A stretch of DNA of 64,000 bases from Candidatus Bathyarchaeota archaeon (GTDB lineage Archaea; Thermoproteota; Bathyarchaeia; Bathyarchaeales; Bathycorpusculaceae). The number at the start of each line of letters is the position of its first letter. Position 1 is the first letter of the stretch. The notes beneath the pieces were generated by a model that saw only the letters and a program-made list of their open reading frames with translations, was not told the DNA's origin and did no database searches. The stretch lies in contig CAVZPM010000039.1 of NCBI GenBank assembly GCA_963777155.1, forward strand, positions 32,001-96,000, in the 5' to 3' direction. The translations under genes were made by a program, and so were the position numbers. Positions 39,714-51,000 of the stretch are shown here, in pieces.

Positions 39714-40409
39714 TTATTCTAGTATTATTCGTGCGTCGACTGTTTTTGCGCCTTTAGAGTAAGCCATGATTGGGTTTAGGTCGAGTTCCTTGATTTCGGG
39801 GTAATCCATGATTAGATGTGATGTATTGCATAGTATGGCGACTAGGGCATCGATATCTGCTGGCGGCGTGTTTCTGTATCCATTGAGAAGCGGATAAGCC
39901 TTAAGTTGCATTATCATTTCTTTCGCGTCATCGGCAGTTAGTGGGGCAACGCGGAAGTTCACATCTTTTAAGAGCTCAACAAAAATGCCGCCGAGGCCAA
40001 ACATGACGGTTTGCCCAAACTGCGGATCCTTGACCGCTCCCACGATAACCTCTGTTGACTGAGGCGCCATCTCTGCCACCAAGACGCCTACAATTTTTGC
40101 GTCCGCTTTGTACTTGGCTGCGTTCTCGATGATTTTTTTGTAGCCTGCGGCGACGTCGGCGGCGGTTTTGAGGTTAACGATGACTCCGCCAGCTTCGGTT
40201 TTGTGGATGATGTCTGGGGAAACAATTTTTAAAACGACGGGGTAGCCGATCTGGTCTGCTTGTGCTGCGGCTTCTTTGTCGCTTTTTGCGAGCATAAATT
40301 TGGTGACTGGGATGCCGTATTCGGCGCAGATGGTTTTGGCTTCGGTTTCTAAGAGTGCTTTTCTGCCTTCTTTTTTGGCTTGGTTGATGATTTTTTGGGT
40401 TTGATTCAC
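39714..40409 (-). CDS. acdB: ADP-forming acyl-CoA synthetase beta subunit (ATP-grasp)
   Basis: GYPVVLKIVSPDIIHKTEAGGV, FGLGGIFVE, ELDLNP, VDARI. Confidence 0.92.
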   Translation of the reverse strand: MNQTQKIINQAKKEGRKALLETEAKTICAEYGIPVTKFMLAKSDKEAAAQADQIGYPVVLKIVSPDIIHKTEAGGVIVNLKTAADVAAGYKKIIENAAKYKADAKIVGVLVAEMAPQSTEVIVGAVKDPQFGQTVMFGLGGIFVELLKDVNFRVAPLTADDAKEMIMQLKAYPLLNGYRNTPPADIDALVAILCNTSHLIMDYPEIKELDLNPIMAYSKGAKTVDARIILE

Positions 40410-40585
40410 GGGTTATTCTTCCTTTGCCGTATGTATGTGGTGTTTTGGGGGATTAAAAATGGTTTTGTTTGTAGGTTATTTTTGTTTGACTTGTGTATGT
40501 GTCGAACAGATTGACAATACTGTTTAGTGAGACATAATATTTAATAGCGATTGGAAGCCCAAAATACAAGTTAAAGGGCCCAACA

Positions 40586-42379
40586 ATGTCAAAACTCAAC
40601 CTCAAACAATCAATCAAAGAATCAATAGCTAAAACAATTACCAAACTAAAACGATCCAGTAAAGCTGACAAAAGCCCCCAAAAATCAAAAATAAACAAAA
40701 AAAGCTTCCTGGCAAACGCCACAGCACGTATAAAAAACATAAAACTCCCTAAAATAAAACTTAAAATTCCAAAAATAAACCTTAAGATTCCAAAAATAAA
40801 ACTTAAACTCAACCTAAATCTTAAAAAGAAAAAAGCCGAACCAGAACCAATCCCCATAGCCAAAACGCTTCAAAAAGGCATAAAAATCATTGACAAATAC
40901 TCACTTTATGAACCATTCGCCCAGGTAGCAATAGTCCAAGACCCCAAAACGGGCGAACACAAATATATTCTCGATGAGCTCCAGCTTGACCCAATGGAAC
41001 GCGGAATATACAACCGCATCCTAGAAATCTTGCTGGCTGAAATCGAATCCCCAAAAGAGGAAATAGCTGACCCCAGAAAGTTTTTCGCTGAAGAAGCCAA
41101 AAAAATCGTCGATAAATACCGAATCAGCCTCGGTTGGCTTCCTGATGTTTCTTGGTACAAAATTCTCTATCATGCTGAACGCGATTTAGTCGGTTTTGGT
41201 AAAATCGATCCGTTAATGAGGGACCCCAACATTGAAGACATTTCCTGCGACGGAGTAAACAAACCCGTTTACATTTGGCACCGCGTCTTCGAAAGCATAG
41301 AAACTAACCTGCAGTTTGAAAGTGACGAGGACCTAGATAATCTGGTCGTCAAACTGGTTCACATGGCAGGCAAACATGTCAGTAGCGCCTTCCCTATCGT
41401 TGACGCTTCGCTTCCAGGAAAACACCGCTTAGCAGTAGCTTACAGACGGGAAATTACGCCATTTGGCACTGCCTATACCATCCGAAAATTCCGCGAAGAC
41501 CCCTACTCAATAATTGACCTAATCAACATCGGCACCTTCACCGAAGAAATGGCAGCTTACCTTTGGATTTGCCTAGAAAACCGCGCCTCTGTCATGGTTC
41601 TAGGAGGAACCGCAGCGGGCAAAACAACCGCGCTAAACGCTTTGGGCTGCCTGATTAAGCCAGGTAGCAAGATTATGACTATCGAAGAAACCGCTGAACT
41701 TAACTTGTCCCATGAAAACTGGGTCTCACTCATCGCGAGACAAAGTTACGGCTTAGGTGGAAGCAGTGTCGGAGAAGTTGCATTATTTGACTTGGTAAAG
41801 ACATGCATGAGACATCGCCCTGACTTGATGATTGTAGGCGAAGTCCGAGGCCAAGAAGCATACGTCTTATTCCAGGCTCTAGCCACAGGTCACGGTGGCA
41901 TGTGTACAATGCACGCTGAAAACGTTCAGTCAGCAATCAGGCGTCTCACTCAAAAGCCCATGGACATTTCGCCAGCGTATATCCCGTTAATGAACATAGT
42001 CATGTCCGTTCAACGTGTTCACTTAGTAAAGAATGGCGAAAAGAAAGCTTACCGCCGAATACTATCAGTCAACGAAATCATTGATTCCGAAAAATACGTT
42101 AATCCATTCAAGTGGGATCCAATCAAAGACCAGCAGACGGTCGATATAGCTTCCAGCTTCTTGCTCACTAACTATGCAGAGCGCTTAGGAATAACGCGTG
42201 AACAACTTGTTGATGAGTTGAATCGCAGAAGGGATGTGTTGCATTGGATGATAATGAGTAATATACGGAGTTACAAAGAAGTCGCCTCAATCATCGCCGA
42301 ATACTATGCTAGACCAAAAGAGTTCTACCAAAGAACAGTTGAAAGTGAGGAGGCTAAACCAGTTGCCAATGCTAAATAA
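40586..42379 (+). CDS. Type II/IV secretion (pilus assembly) ATPase with Lys-rich N-terminal extension
   Basis: IEDISCDG, TIRKF, Walker A GGTAAGKTT, IEETAEL, VGEVRG, TGHG...HA. Confidence 0.93.
   Translation: MSKLNLKQSIKESIAKTITKLKRSSKADKSPQKSKINKKSFLANATARIKNIKLPKIKLKIPKINLKIPKIKLKLNLNLKKKKAEPEPIPIAKTLQKGIKIIDKYSLYEPFAQVAIVQDPKTGEHKYILDELQLDPMERGIYNRILEILLAEIESPKEEIADPRKFFAEEAKKIVDKYRISLGWLPDVSWYKILYHAERDLVGFGKIDPLMRDPNIEDISCDGVNKPVYIWHRVFESIETNLQFESDEDLDNLVVKLVHMAGKHVSSAFPIVDASLPGKHRLAVAYRREITPFGTAYTIRKFREDPYSIIDLINIGTFTEEMAAYLWICLENRASVMVLGGTAAGKTTALNALGCLIKPGSKIMTIEETAELNLSHENWVSLIARQSYGLGGSSVGEVALFDLVKTCMRHRPDLMIVGEVRGQEAYVLFQALATGHGGMCTMHAENVQSAIRRLTQKPMDISPAYIPLMNIVMSVQRVHLVKNGEKKAYRRILSVNEIIDSEKYVNPFKWDPIKDQQTVDIASSFLLTNYAERLGITREQLVDELNRRRDVLHWMIMSNIRSYKEVASIIAEYYARPKEFYQRTVESEEAKPVANAK
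40748..40810 (+). repeat. 3 x 21-nt tandem repeat encoding PKI(K/N)LK(I/L)
   Basis: CCTAAAATAAAACTTAAAATT / CCAAAAATAAACCTTAAGATT / CCAAAAATAAAACTTAAACTC. Confidence 0.85.
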
Positions 42380-44084
42380 GTTCGAAGCCTGGTCATTTCG
42401 TCTTTTCGGCCGCTTCGCTCCATATTTTCTGAAAAACGTCTTTCCACAAGTCAAAGGTACGCTAGAGAAGGGTCGAGTGAGAATTTACCCTGAAACATAC
42501 ATCTCACTTATGTTCTTCGTTGCATTGTTAACCCTGCCTGTATCGATTTTCGCGGTAGCGGTGGCTTTAACTTTTGGGTTCTTACCCATTCTTGCCCTAG
42601 CTTTCCTGCCTCTCTTTGTTATCGTAGGTTTTCTGATTGTTCCAATGAACAATGCCAGTGATAGATCCTCTGGTCTGGAGCGCGAAATGCCTTTTGCGGC
42701 AGCATACATCAGTGTTATGTCGTCAGGTGGTATAGCACCCTATACTAGCTTCAAACGTTTAACTCAAGTTGACCTTATGCCTACGATGAGTAAGGAAGCA
42801 AGAGACATCATAAAAGATGTGGAAATCTTCGGCGTTGATCCACTTTCAGCCCTTGATATAGCTGCAAAAAAGACTCCGCTTGACATCTTCAAGGATTTTT
42901 TGGGCGGCTACGCCTCCACGGTCATTATAGGCGGCGACATCGGACACTATCTTGAACGCAAAGCAGAAGATATCTTCAAAATACGTGCACTAAGGGTTAA
43001 AGCGGCTGCTGAACGTCTAGGCATGTTGCTGGAAACTTTCATAATCGTTATGGTTATGATGTCATTGTGTTTTTACATTCTGTTTGCTGTAAATGGCATC
43101 CAGAGTGGAGTCAGCTCAACTGCTGATATATCACAGTTCTCAGGTATACTGCTGTACACTTACATTTTCACGCCTATGCTTTCAGTAATGTTCATCTATC
43201 TCGCGCATAGCATGCAGCCGAAAACACCCCTTATGGAAATGCGTCCATACAAAATATTCGGTATATTCAGTGTAGTTGCTGTAATCGTGTTCCTGCTTCT
43301 CACCAACTTCTTGGGCGCAACTCAGCTTCCAATCTTTACTCAGTTGCAAGCGATAGGAGTTGACTTGCCAATAGCCTTAGCTGTGTCATTGTTCATTTCT
43401 GCCGCACCAGCCGCAATGGTACACATTAAATTAGCCAAAGTCAAAAATAGCATGGAACAAGGAGTCACAAACTTCCTACGAGACCTCACCGAAGTGAGAA
43501 AAACTGGGCTCTCACCGGAAAAATGCATCGAAAGCCTCTCTAAACGTGACTATGGCACTTTCACTAAGGAACTTAGAAAAATCAGCACCGAGATTTCCTG
43601 GGGCATCCCCATCAAGAACGTCATGATGAAATTCCTTCACCGGACACAAAGTTGGATGGTGCAAATCGTCATGTTTCTGCTAGTCGAGACCATAGATGTG
43701 GGAGGCGGAACCATCGCTATGATCGAGTCTTTAGCGCGGTTCAACAATCTAACTCAAGAAGTGGAAAAAGAAAAGAAAATGAATGTCCGCCCCTACGTAT
43801 TCATGCCTTACTTAGCCTCGATTCTGCTGGTGGCGACTACCATAATGATGATGGGATTAACCACCGGAATAACTGTGCCTGGGGTGAACTCCGCTCCACA
43901 GGATAACAGTCTGATGCAGGTAGTATTCATCTCATCTGTTATCTTCAACAGCTATCTCATCGGTATTGTTGCAGGAAAAATCAGTGAAGAATCCGTTGGA
44001 GCGGGCTTTAAGCATGCTGCCATACTTGTCCTAATCTCAATAGTAGCTGCCAAGTTGATTCCGCAATTCGTAAAACTAGGATAA
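42369..44084 (+). CDS. Type II secretion system F / TadC-like platform protein (two T2SSF domains)
   Basis: EREMPFAAAY...GVDPLSAL and NFLRDLTEVRKTGLSP; multiple TMs; ORF track starts at 42306. Confidence 0.9.
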   Translation: MLNKFEAWSFRLFGRFAPYFLKNVFPQVKGTLEKGRVRIYPETYISLMFFVALLTLPVSIFAVAVALTFGFLPILALAFLPLFVIVGFLIVPMNNASDRSSGLEREMPFAAAYISVMSSGGIAPYTSFKRLTQVDLMPTMSKEARDIIKDVEIFGVDPLSALDIAAKKTPLDIFKDFLGGYASTVIIGGDIGHYLERKAEDIFKIRALRVKAAAERLGMLLETFIIVMVMMSLCFYILFAVNGIQSGVSSTADISQFSGILLYTYIFTPMLSVMFIYLAHSMQPKTPLMEMRPYKIFGIFSVVAVIVFLLLTNFLGATQLPIFTQLQAIGVDLPIALAVSLFISAAPAAMVHIKLAKVKNSMEQGVTNFLRDLTEVRKTGLSPEKCIESLSKRDYGTFTKELRKISTEISWGIPIKNVMMKFLHRTQSWMVQIVMFLLVETIDVGGGTIAMIESLARFNNLTQEVEKEKKMNVRPYVFMPYLASILLVATTIMMMGLTTGITVPGVNSAPQDNSLMQVVFISSVIFNSYLIGIVAGKISEESVGAGFKHAAILVLISIVAAKLIPQFVKLG

Positions 44085-44090
44085 GGAGCG

Positions 44091-44972
44091 ATGACAATGC
44101 GAAATAGTCAAAGAAGCTTTCGGAAAGATAAGAGGGCAGCTAGCCCAGCTATCTCAACGGTCATAATGATGGCTGCCGGAGTCGCCATGATTCTAGTTGC
44201 AATGACTTACGCAAACAACATGTTAGGAACGAAGATGGCAGAGAACGAATACAACACAAACAAGCAATTCATGCAAACTACGGGACAACAAATTGATGAC
44301 ATCGCTTGGACAGTGGGTCGTACTCAAACAGTCAGTTTTTCAAGCAAGTATGGCAACATGAAGTTCCAAGAAGTTGCGCTTAACTACACTTTTCAAGTTC
44401 AATACAGTTCAGGGGTATGGCAGAATCTAAGTTTGTCCGGCAAGACAGGAATAATCCTGTATAATATGCCTGTGGGCTACTACTCTTTGGGCAACAACTC
44501 GTTCGCACGCGTTCCATTTGCTTCCAATAGCTCATTTCTCCTGTCTGATTCAACAGCGCCGATAAGCCAAGTTATATGTGAACAGAGATTGCCTATGAGT
44601 GACGGTGGCTACGCGCGAATCGTTTTAGTTCCGACAATGAGGGTTCTTACTTCAACTATAACATCAACCACTGGGTCAACGAACTACTTTAAGTTCTATC
44701 TTCCAGACCTTGAAAACGGTACAAACCTCTACAGATCCCAATCCATAACTTTAACAGGTAATGGTATATCGAAAGTAACTCAAGATCACGTTGACCAAGT
44801 AATTATAAGTGTGAGTTTTCCTCAGGGAGCGTCTCTTGGATTTGATTCTTCTTTTTTCAACTTCAAAAGCAATACTATAACACTCAATAATACTTCCACT
44901 CCGAGGCTGCCAGCTGACTCAGTTGTTGAATTTTATGTTGGCAAAGTGGTTGTTACGATAGGGCAGGTATAA
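44091..44972 (+). CDS. Pilin-like protein with class III signal peptide
   Basis: RKDKRA/ASPAISTVIMMAAGVAMILVA. Confidence 0.8.
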   Translation: MTMRNSQRSFRKDKRAASPAISTVIMMAAGVAMILVAMTYANNMLGTKMAENEYNTNKQFMQTTGQQIDDIAWTVGRTQTVSFSSKYGNMKFQEVALNYTFQVQYSSGVWQNLSLSGKTGIILYNMPVGYYSLGNNSFARVPFASNSSFLLSDSTAPISQVICEQRLPMSDGGYARIVLVPTMRVLTSTITSTTGSTNYFKFYLPDLENGTNLYRSQSITLTGNGISKVTQDHVDQVIISVSFPQGASLGFDSSFFNFKSNTITLNNTSTPRLPADSVVEFYVGKVVVTIGQV

Positions 44973-44990
44973 AACTATGGAGGTTGAATC

Positions 44991-45467
44991 GTGCCGTCGA
45001 TAACCATTGAATACATGATAATGATTCCTGTCCTTATTCTACAGATCTTCCTTTTCCCTATAGCCGCCTCAGTAATCATGAACACTTGGGCGGATTCCAG
45101 CATGACACTTCAACTCCAAGAAACGGCAGGGCACATCGGCAGTTCTATCCAGCAGCTATACTACACTATGAATCACGCCTCAATTCCCAACGGTACAATG
45201 TCAATCACCTTAGATACACCACAATTAATAGAAGGACATGTTTACACAACGACCCTAAGTCATGCGAATAACCTTGAAACCTCAATCCAAATAATGAACG
45301 TCACGCTCAAGCTGTTAGGCACCAAAGACCAAACTTCAACATTAGTGACGCTTGGACAAAATGTTGACTGGCAAGAAAACTTGGCCTTCAATAGCACTGC
45401 GCATTCACTTAGCATAGTCGCCCACAAGACGTCTAATTCTATCTTGCTATCCTTCGGAGGAACATAA
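44991..45467 (+). CDS. Minor pilin-like protein (no basic leader)
   Basis: PSITIEYMIMIPVLILQIFLF; SD GGAGGT; position in pilus operon. Confidence 0.7.
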   Translation: MPSITIEYMIMIPVLILQIFLFPIAASVIMNTWADSSMTLQLQETAGHIGSSIQQLYYTMNHASIPNGTMSITLDTPQLIEGHVYTTTLSHANNLETSIQIMNVTLKLLGTKDQTSTLVTLGQNVDWQENLAFNSTAHSLSIVAHKTSNSILLSFGGT

Positions 45468-45471
45468 CAAT

Positions 45472-46704
45472 ATGGCGAGTGGATCAATCGACCATATGAT
45501 TTCCCTGATAATATTTATTGCAGCTATCACGATATTTATTGGTCTTTTCAGCCAAAGCATGCAGACCGGGATTACCTACGAACGTCACAAGGTGTTGTCT
45601 ACTAAAACCAGTGACCTCTTAGATAACGTACTCTTGAATCCAGGTATACCTAGTACTTGGGGAAAAAGTGACGGTGCAATTATTGGGTTTGGGCTGCAGA
45701 ATCCAGACTACTCACAATACAAATTGAGTTCGTTTTCTCTGATGCGGTTAGTTTCCACTCAATCGCCTGTTTATTATCCCAGAACTGGCACATACTATAG
45801 CAATGATAGCGTTAGATCAGGCAGCTACTTACTTGTGCCTTCCACAGAAAGCGTAAACTACTCTACCGTTTCCAAGATTCTAGGAATAAATGGTACCTAC
45901 GGATTCCAATTATCTCTGTCTCCAACACTAACTTTTGATTTTCAAAAAATATCTGATTATTCGCCACTAACTATGCAGGTTAGCATATACGGCACGGGTT
46001 ATCCACTTGCAAATGCACCAATAATCTATAGCCTTATGGTAGTTAACCCAGGCACAGGTAATTATCCCTCATACACAGTTGTCAACAATGTATCTACCAC
46101 TGATGGAGCGGGATTAGCACAATTGGTATTTCCCCAAATCACTAGCGGAAGCCAATCTTATGCGCTAATAATATATTCAGACCTTAATGGACTCAAAGGA
46201 ACAGGCTACTACGTAAACAATCCACCTAGCTTCTCTAAAACAGTGATTCCTTTAACTGATAGTTTCCAAAACAGAACAATCTTGCTTACCCACAGCGACT
46301 CCATAGGTCAGCCTCCACAGCCTCCAGTTTACTCAAAGTTGGGTTATAACGCATCATTTGTGATTTTGACTGAGGATTACACATTGCGCCAAGTACAATT
46401 AGACCAACAAAGTGCGGTTGGAAATCTATCTTATGCCTCCGGCAGCGAACCAGACCACGTTTCCATAACGGTTCCAGATAATGAAGGAATTTTAATTGTA
46501 ACTTACAAGAGCACTTCAGGGCAGTGTGGGGTTGTTCTAATGCCTTGGGGGTTGGGTTCTCTGGCTTTCCCCCTAAAGTTTGGCGGTAATCCAGCGGGAC
46601 AAGAATGGGTTACAACTGATATTCGGCAAGTTACTGTCGGCGGTATCGCTTATCAGGCTCAACTTAGCCTTTGGAATCTGCAAGGATATTCGGGGACTGG
46701 TTAA
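45472..46704 (+). CDS. Minor pilin-like protein (no basic leader)
   Basis: ASGSIDHMISLIIFIAAI...LLNPGIPSTW...GFGL; SD GGAGGA. Confidence 0.7.
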   Translation: MASGSIDHMISLIIFIAAITIFIGLFSQSMQTGITYERHKVLSTKTSDLLDNVLLNPGIPSTWGKSDGAIIGFGLQNPDYSQYKLSSFSLMRLVSTQSPVYYPRTGTYYSNDSVRSGSYLLVPSTESVNYSTVSKILGINGTYGFQLSLSPTLTFDFQKISDYSPLTMQVSIYGTGYPLANAPIIYSLMVVNPGTGNYPSYTVVNNVSTTDGAGLAQLVFPQITSGSQSYALIIYSDLNGLKGTGYYVNNPPSFSKTVIPLTDSFQNRTILLTHSDSIGQPPQPPVYSKLGYNASFVILTEDYTLRQVQLDQQSAVGNLSYASGSEPDHVSITVPDNEGILIVTYKSTSGQCGVVLMPWGLGSLAFPLKFGGNPAGQEWVTTDIRQVTVGGIAYQAQLSLWNLQGYSGTG

Positions 46705-48009
46705 ATGATTCGAACAATCGAAATCCTATTTGTTATAATAATTATCTCTGGCGCAGTGATTGCGACTTCATACTTTACTGTTCTACCATCGCCAAGAGAA
46801 GTCTCGCCAATAAACCTTCGACGCTTATCTTTCACGACCTTGCAGGTGCTTGATTCAGATTATGACTTAAGTCGAGCTGCTTTCCAAACGGATAATGCTA
46901 CAGCTTGGAGCGGGCTGCAAGTTGCGCTTTCAGCTTCCTTACCTTCCAACGTAGTGTACAATCTAACAGTTTATGACGTCAATGATCAAGATGGGCAAGT
47001 CTATAGCTATGTGTCTTCTATCTCAAATGCCGCGAGCCTTTCAACCTCTGATGTTTCGACTTACACTGTGGCCTCTTCGAACGTTACATTTAATTTTACA
47101 CCACAGAAAATCGGTGAAGGCAGCGGTGGAACTCTCTACATATTGAATTGCAGTGACGCAAATGGATGGTGGATTACAGGCTATACAGCGCAGAGCTTAG
47201 CACAAGACCTCTACAACCTGTTATCGCCATATTTTGTTAACACTATAATGGTTCAAAATACGTCCCAGCTTGCCCAGATTTAAGCGGAACATCCATTACA
47301 AGGAGAGTCTCTTCAGAACGCGGTTGTCATCAATACTTATGGAGAAGCGGTACCTATCCCAACGACTTATTGCCAAGCGCCTTATTCCCAGAACGCGTAT
47401 GCGTATTACAGTTACTACTTAGGGCAACGGGTAAACCTTTACAATTGGACCTGGTCCAGCATAGTAGGCTACCCATTCTACTATGTAAGCAACACTGGGG
47501 CGTTTTCAGGTGTACAAAATGGTTGGGGTATTTACGGGATGCAAATGACGGGTCCAGGAGGCTCAAGGGCTTTCCTCGAGGGTATAAATAACCAAACCTA
47601 TGTTTCTAACACTAATGCAGTTACTGATAGTGCTAACAGGCAGGTCACATTTACACAAAACGTCTTAGATAAGAGCAATTATTATGGAATTTATCCTTCG
47701 ACATATCAGACTTCAACCAGAGCCTTATCCAACTCAACCTTGGCAGGTTACAACCTTAGAGTTGGACTCAACATATTCAACCCGGCTGGTGACTATTTTG
47801 CTGGAGCCATTTACAATCACTATGCAACTGGTTCATCAAACATTACTGGTTCACTCTTAGCCTTAGGATTAACTCGAACACCTGACGTTCGAGTCACAGG
47901 CATAGGTCTCCTGTCATATTATCAACCTAGATTATATGCATCAGAATATACAGCACAGGGCACTTCGCGATTGGTAATTTTACAGTTGGGTTTGGTGGGG
48001 AGTGTATAG
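46705..48009 (+). CDS. Pilin-like protein interrupted by an in-frame TAA at 47281 (probably compensating indel errors)
   Basis: IRTIEILFVIII N-terminus; ORFs 46705-47283 and 47539-48009 share one frame that is open after the TAA. Confidence 0.7.
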
Positions 48010-48010
48010 A

Positions 48011-51000
48011 ATGAACAACAAAGGTCAATTTTCAATCATAGCCGCATTGCTTGTTGCAGTGGTCTTAATCGCTTCAGTTATTGGCACTTACTCAGCCATT
48101 CGCTATAGTCCGATCCAAGAACAACCTCAAATCTTGAGTTCTATAGATGAAACCAACCAAGCGCTTAAACAGCTATTAGGTTTTACTGTAGGTTATTATG
48201 GTTCCGTTTTAAAGGTAACAGGAAATGTGACTTATGCTCAGAAGTTAGCCCAAGACTACTTTGATGGCGGCATTGGGAATCTGGGTTCTATTAAGCCTGA
48301 GTGGGGTTTGGCGTTGAATGCCTCTCAAGTGGAGCTTAAAGCGAATTGGTTTACCAACGATAGTTACAGTCAAGGTAGTATGAACGTCACTTATGATTTG
48401 AACGGTTTAGGAATAACGGGAGTAAGCTACTCCGCTTCAAGTCGATTAGAGGTACAAGTATCAAACATTAACTCAACAACGCAGGCACAGTTCAAAATAT
48501 TAACAGACAACAGTGAACCACTAATCAACCTTGGAGCTAATAACCTGAAGTTCTTCCGATATGTGTTTGGAAACTTAACATGGGACTTTTCGGTTCCTAC
48601 CAACGTAATTTCGCATGCAGATGGAACTTACATAGTTGACTTGCCTTCAGGAGTATCAAGCAACGCCTACGTGCTTCAAGTTGAAGATATCCGTGGTCTC
48701 TCAGTTTTAGCCGCATCTTACAGCCAATTCACTTCTTCGATTGCTTGGAATAAAACAGCGTACGGAACTGATTTGGACTATGTAGATAACGCCAACTTAA
48801 ACGTTACCGGTACACATGGTAACTTCACTGCCCAACAATACGGACCCGACAATGTCTACGACACCTTGACAGAAGCAGCTTCAGGAATCACTCAAGTGCC
48901 AAGCTACCCCACAAACTACAACACCTACGGCTCAACCACATTAGCTAGTGGGTCCATAGGTAATTTGCAAGTTAACGATGGCAATTACCTTAGTTTTCAC
49001 TCTTATAGTTCAGCCTATGGTGGCTCAGCTAACTTTGGATACACCTCAGTAGGCGGGACAAGCAGCGATTTAACTTACGTCAGAGGTTCCAGATTTACAT
49101 TAGGTGCATCAAACGGTTTAGCAAATAGTGTAAGTGCATACCTGGGTTTCACAGGTTCTAGTAATACTTTCGGGAACACCAACACCGGTTCCTCGGGTAG
49201 TGCAATCATCGACACGATTAGGGGTCAACGTTTTACTTCTCCTGCCAATCCAGTCGTCGCCCAAAGCATATCCGCTTATATTTACTGCACAACAAGCGCC
49301 AAGAACATGAAAGCAGCCCTCTATGACTCAAGCGGAAACCTAATTGCTACAACCAACCAAAACTCTATACCTGCAAGCGCTTCTGCGGCTTGGCAGACCT
49401 TTATTTTTGCTTCTCCGCCAACCTTAACGGCAAACACCCAATATGTGTTGGTGGTTTGGTCCCAGTTTGGAACAGGAAGTGGCGATCTACGCTATAGCTC
49501 TGCAACTGGTGGTAACGGTCGTTCTCTAAGTCAATCTTACGGAACTTGGCCATCTTCACCGTCTTTTTCAACGGACGCTGTTCAATACTCAATCTACTGT
49601 AACTACCTAACAACATTCAAGGTGCAAGCCGCCATTTATTCTGGCACTGGTGGTGCAATTGTTGGAACAACGGAGGAAAAGACCTTAACGACAACCAACG
49701 GCTGGGTCACCTTCAACTTTATAACCCAACCAACATTAACTGCATCTACAAATTATGTTTTAGCCATTGAGTCTTCTGATACAAGCGCAACCATGTACTA
49801 CAATAGCGGTGCAGAGTATTTCCGTGCTTCTAGGAACTATCCCACCTGGCCAACCACAATTGCTGACCAGGGCAGTCAACGTCGATATAGCATCTACTGT
49901 ACTTATTCACCTGCGAACCAGCACACCGCACAGGTTGAGTTAATAGGCAATTCAACTGCGCCTTTACCGTGGAGTGACCTTACATGGGTTATAGACAGTT
50001 CAACTTCCACGAGTTCAGTTGCTACAACTTTCCAACTCTACAACTGGGGCACAGGACAATACCCCATTAGTGGCGACGGGTATATGACAGCATCACTTTC
50101 AAGTGGCGATACAACAAAGACACAAACGATAGTTGTTAATCCTGCTAACTTCTTGAACAGTAGTGGCTATTGGAAAGTAATGATTACTGCAGTCAAATCG
50201 GTTGCCACAGCCTTTGACCTCAATTTTGACATGGTGCAGTACAGCCCAGACGCTACCAATTACGCACTTAACCTTCAAGAACAATGGACAAATGTTAACG
50301 CGACGAACCTTCGCCAAGATCTTTGCATCAAAACAGGCACCATGGGTACAGAGCCTTTGTTAGTCCAGGTCTTACATAGTGGCGTATGGCAGAATCTGAT
50401 GACGCTATCTCCGAACTATTTCAACAATGTTTCCCTCGCGCCATACATAGACTCTTCAACTCTCACAATTCGTTTCATAGGAACCAACGATGTAACCGAT
50501 CCAACACAGGACAGTTGGAACATCGACTCAGTGTTCCTGCAAGATGAACCCGACATCACCTTCCTGGTCAATCAGCAACAATCTACATTTGCACTTGAGA
50601 TCCTTCAGAACGGTACAATGCGCTGGCTGGGGCAAAATATGCAAATAACTACCCAAACCTTACCCATTCCACCCATTCCAGTGAAAGCAATTCATGTTAA
50701 CCAGACAATAAACGGCATAAACCAGGAAGTTCCTTTCCAAATTGAAGACTGGGCGTCTAACTACCAAATACCCTTGGGATTAACGAGTAACACTACCCTC
50801 TTCGGAAATAGGCAAATGATTGTCTTTCTCTTAAATAGTAAAGTTACCGATTTTACAGTTTGGTGGAATGGAAGCGATATAGCAACCCAAACACCGCTAG
50901 CCTACACCAGTAGATACTTCACTAATGACAATCCAACCTCCTCGATACTTACGAATGGTAACGTTACTCTCCAATTCGGAAGCTTTAATGTTAAGACAAC

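Noticed and set aside
40453-40863. Hydrophobic 136-aa antisense ORF with FIFGIL repeats
   Set aside because: Mirror of the Lys-rich repeat on the ATPase strand
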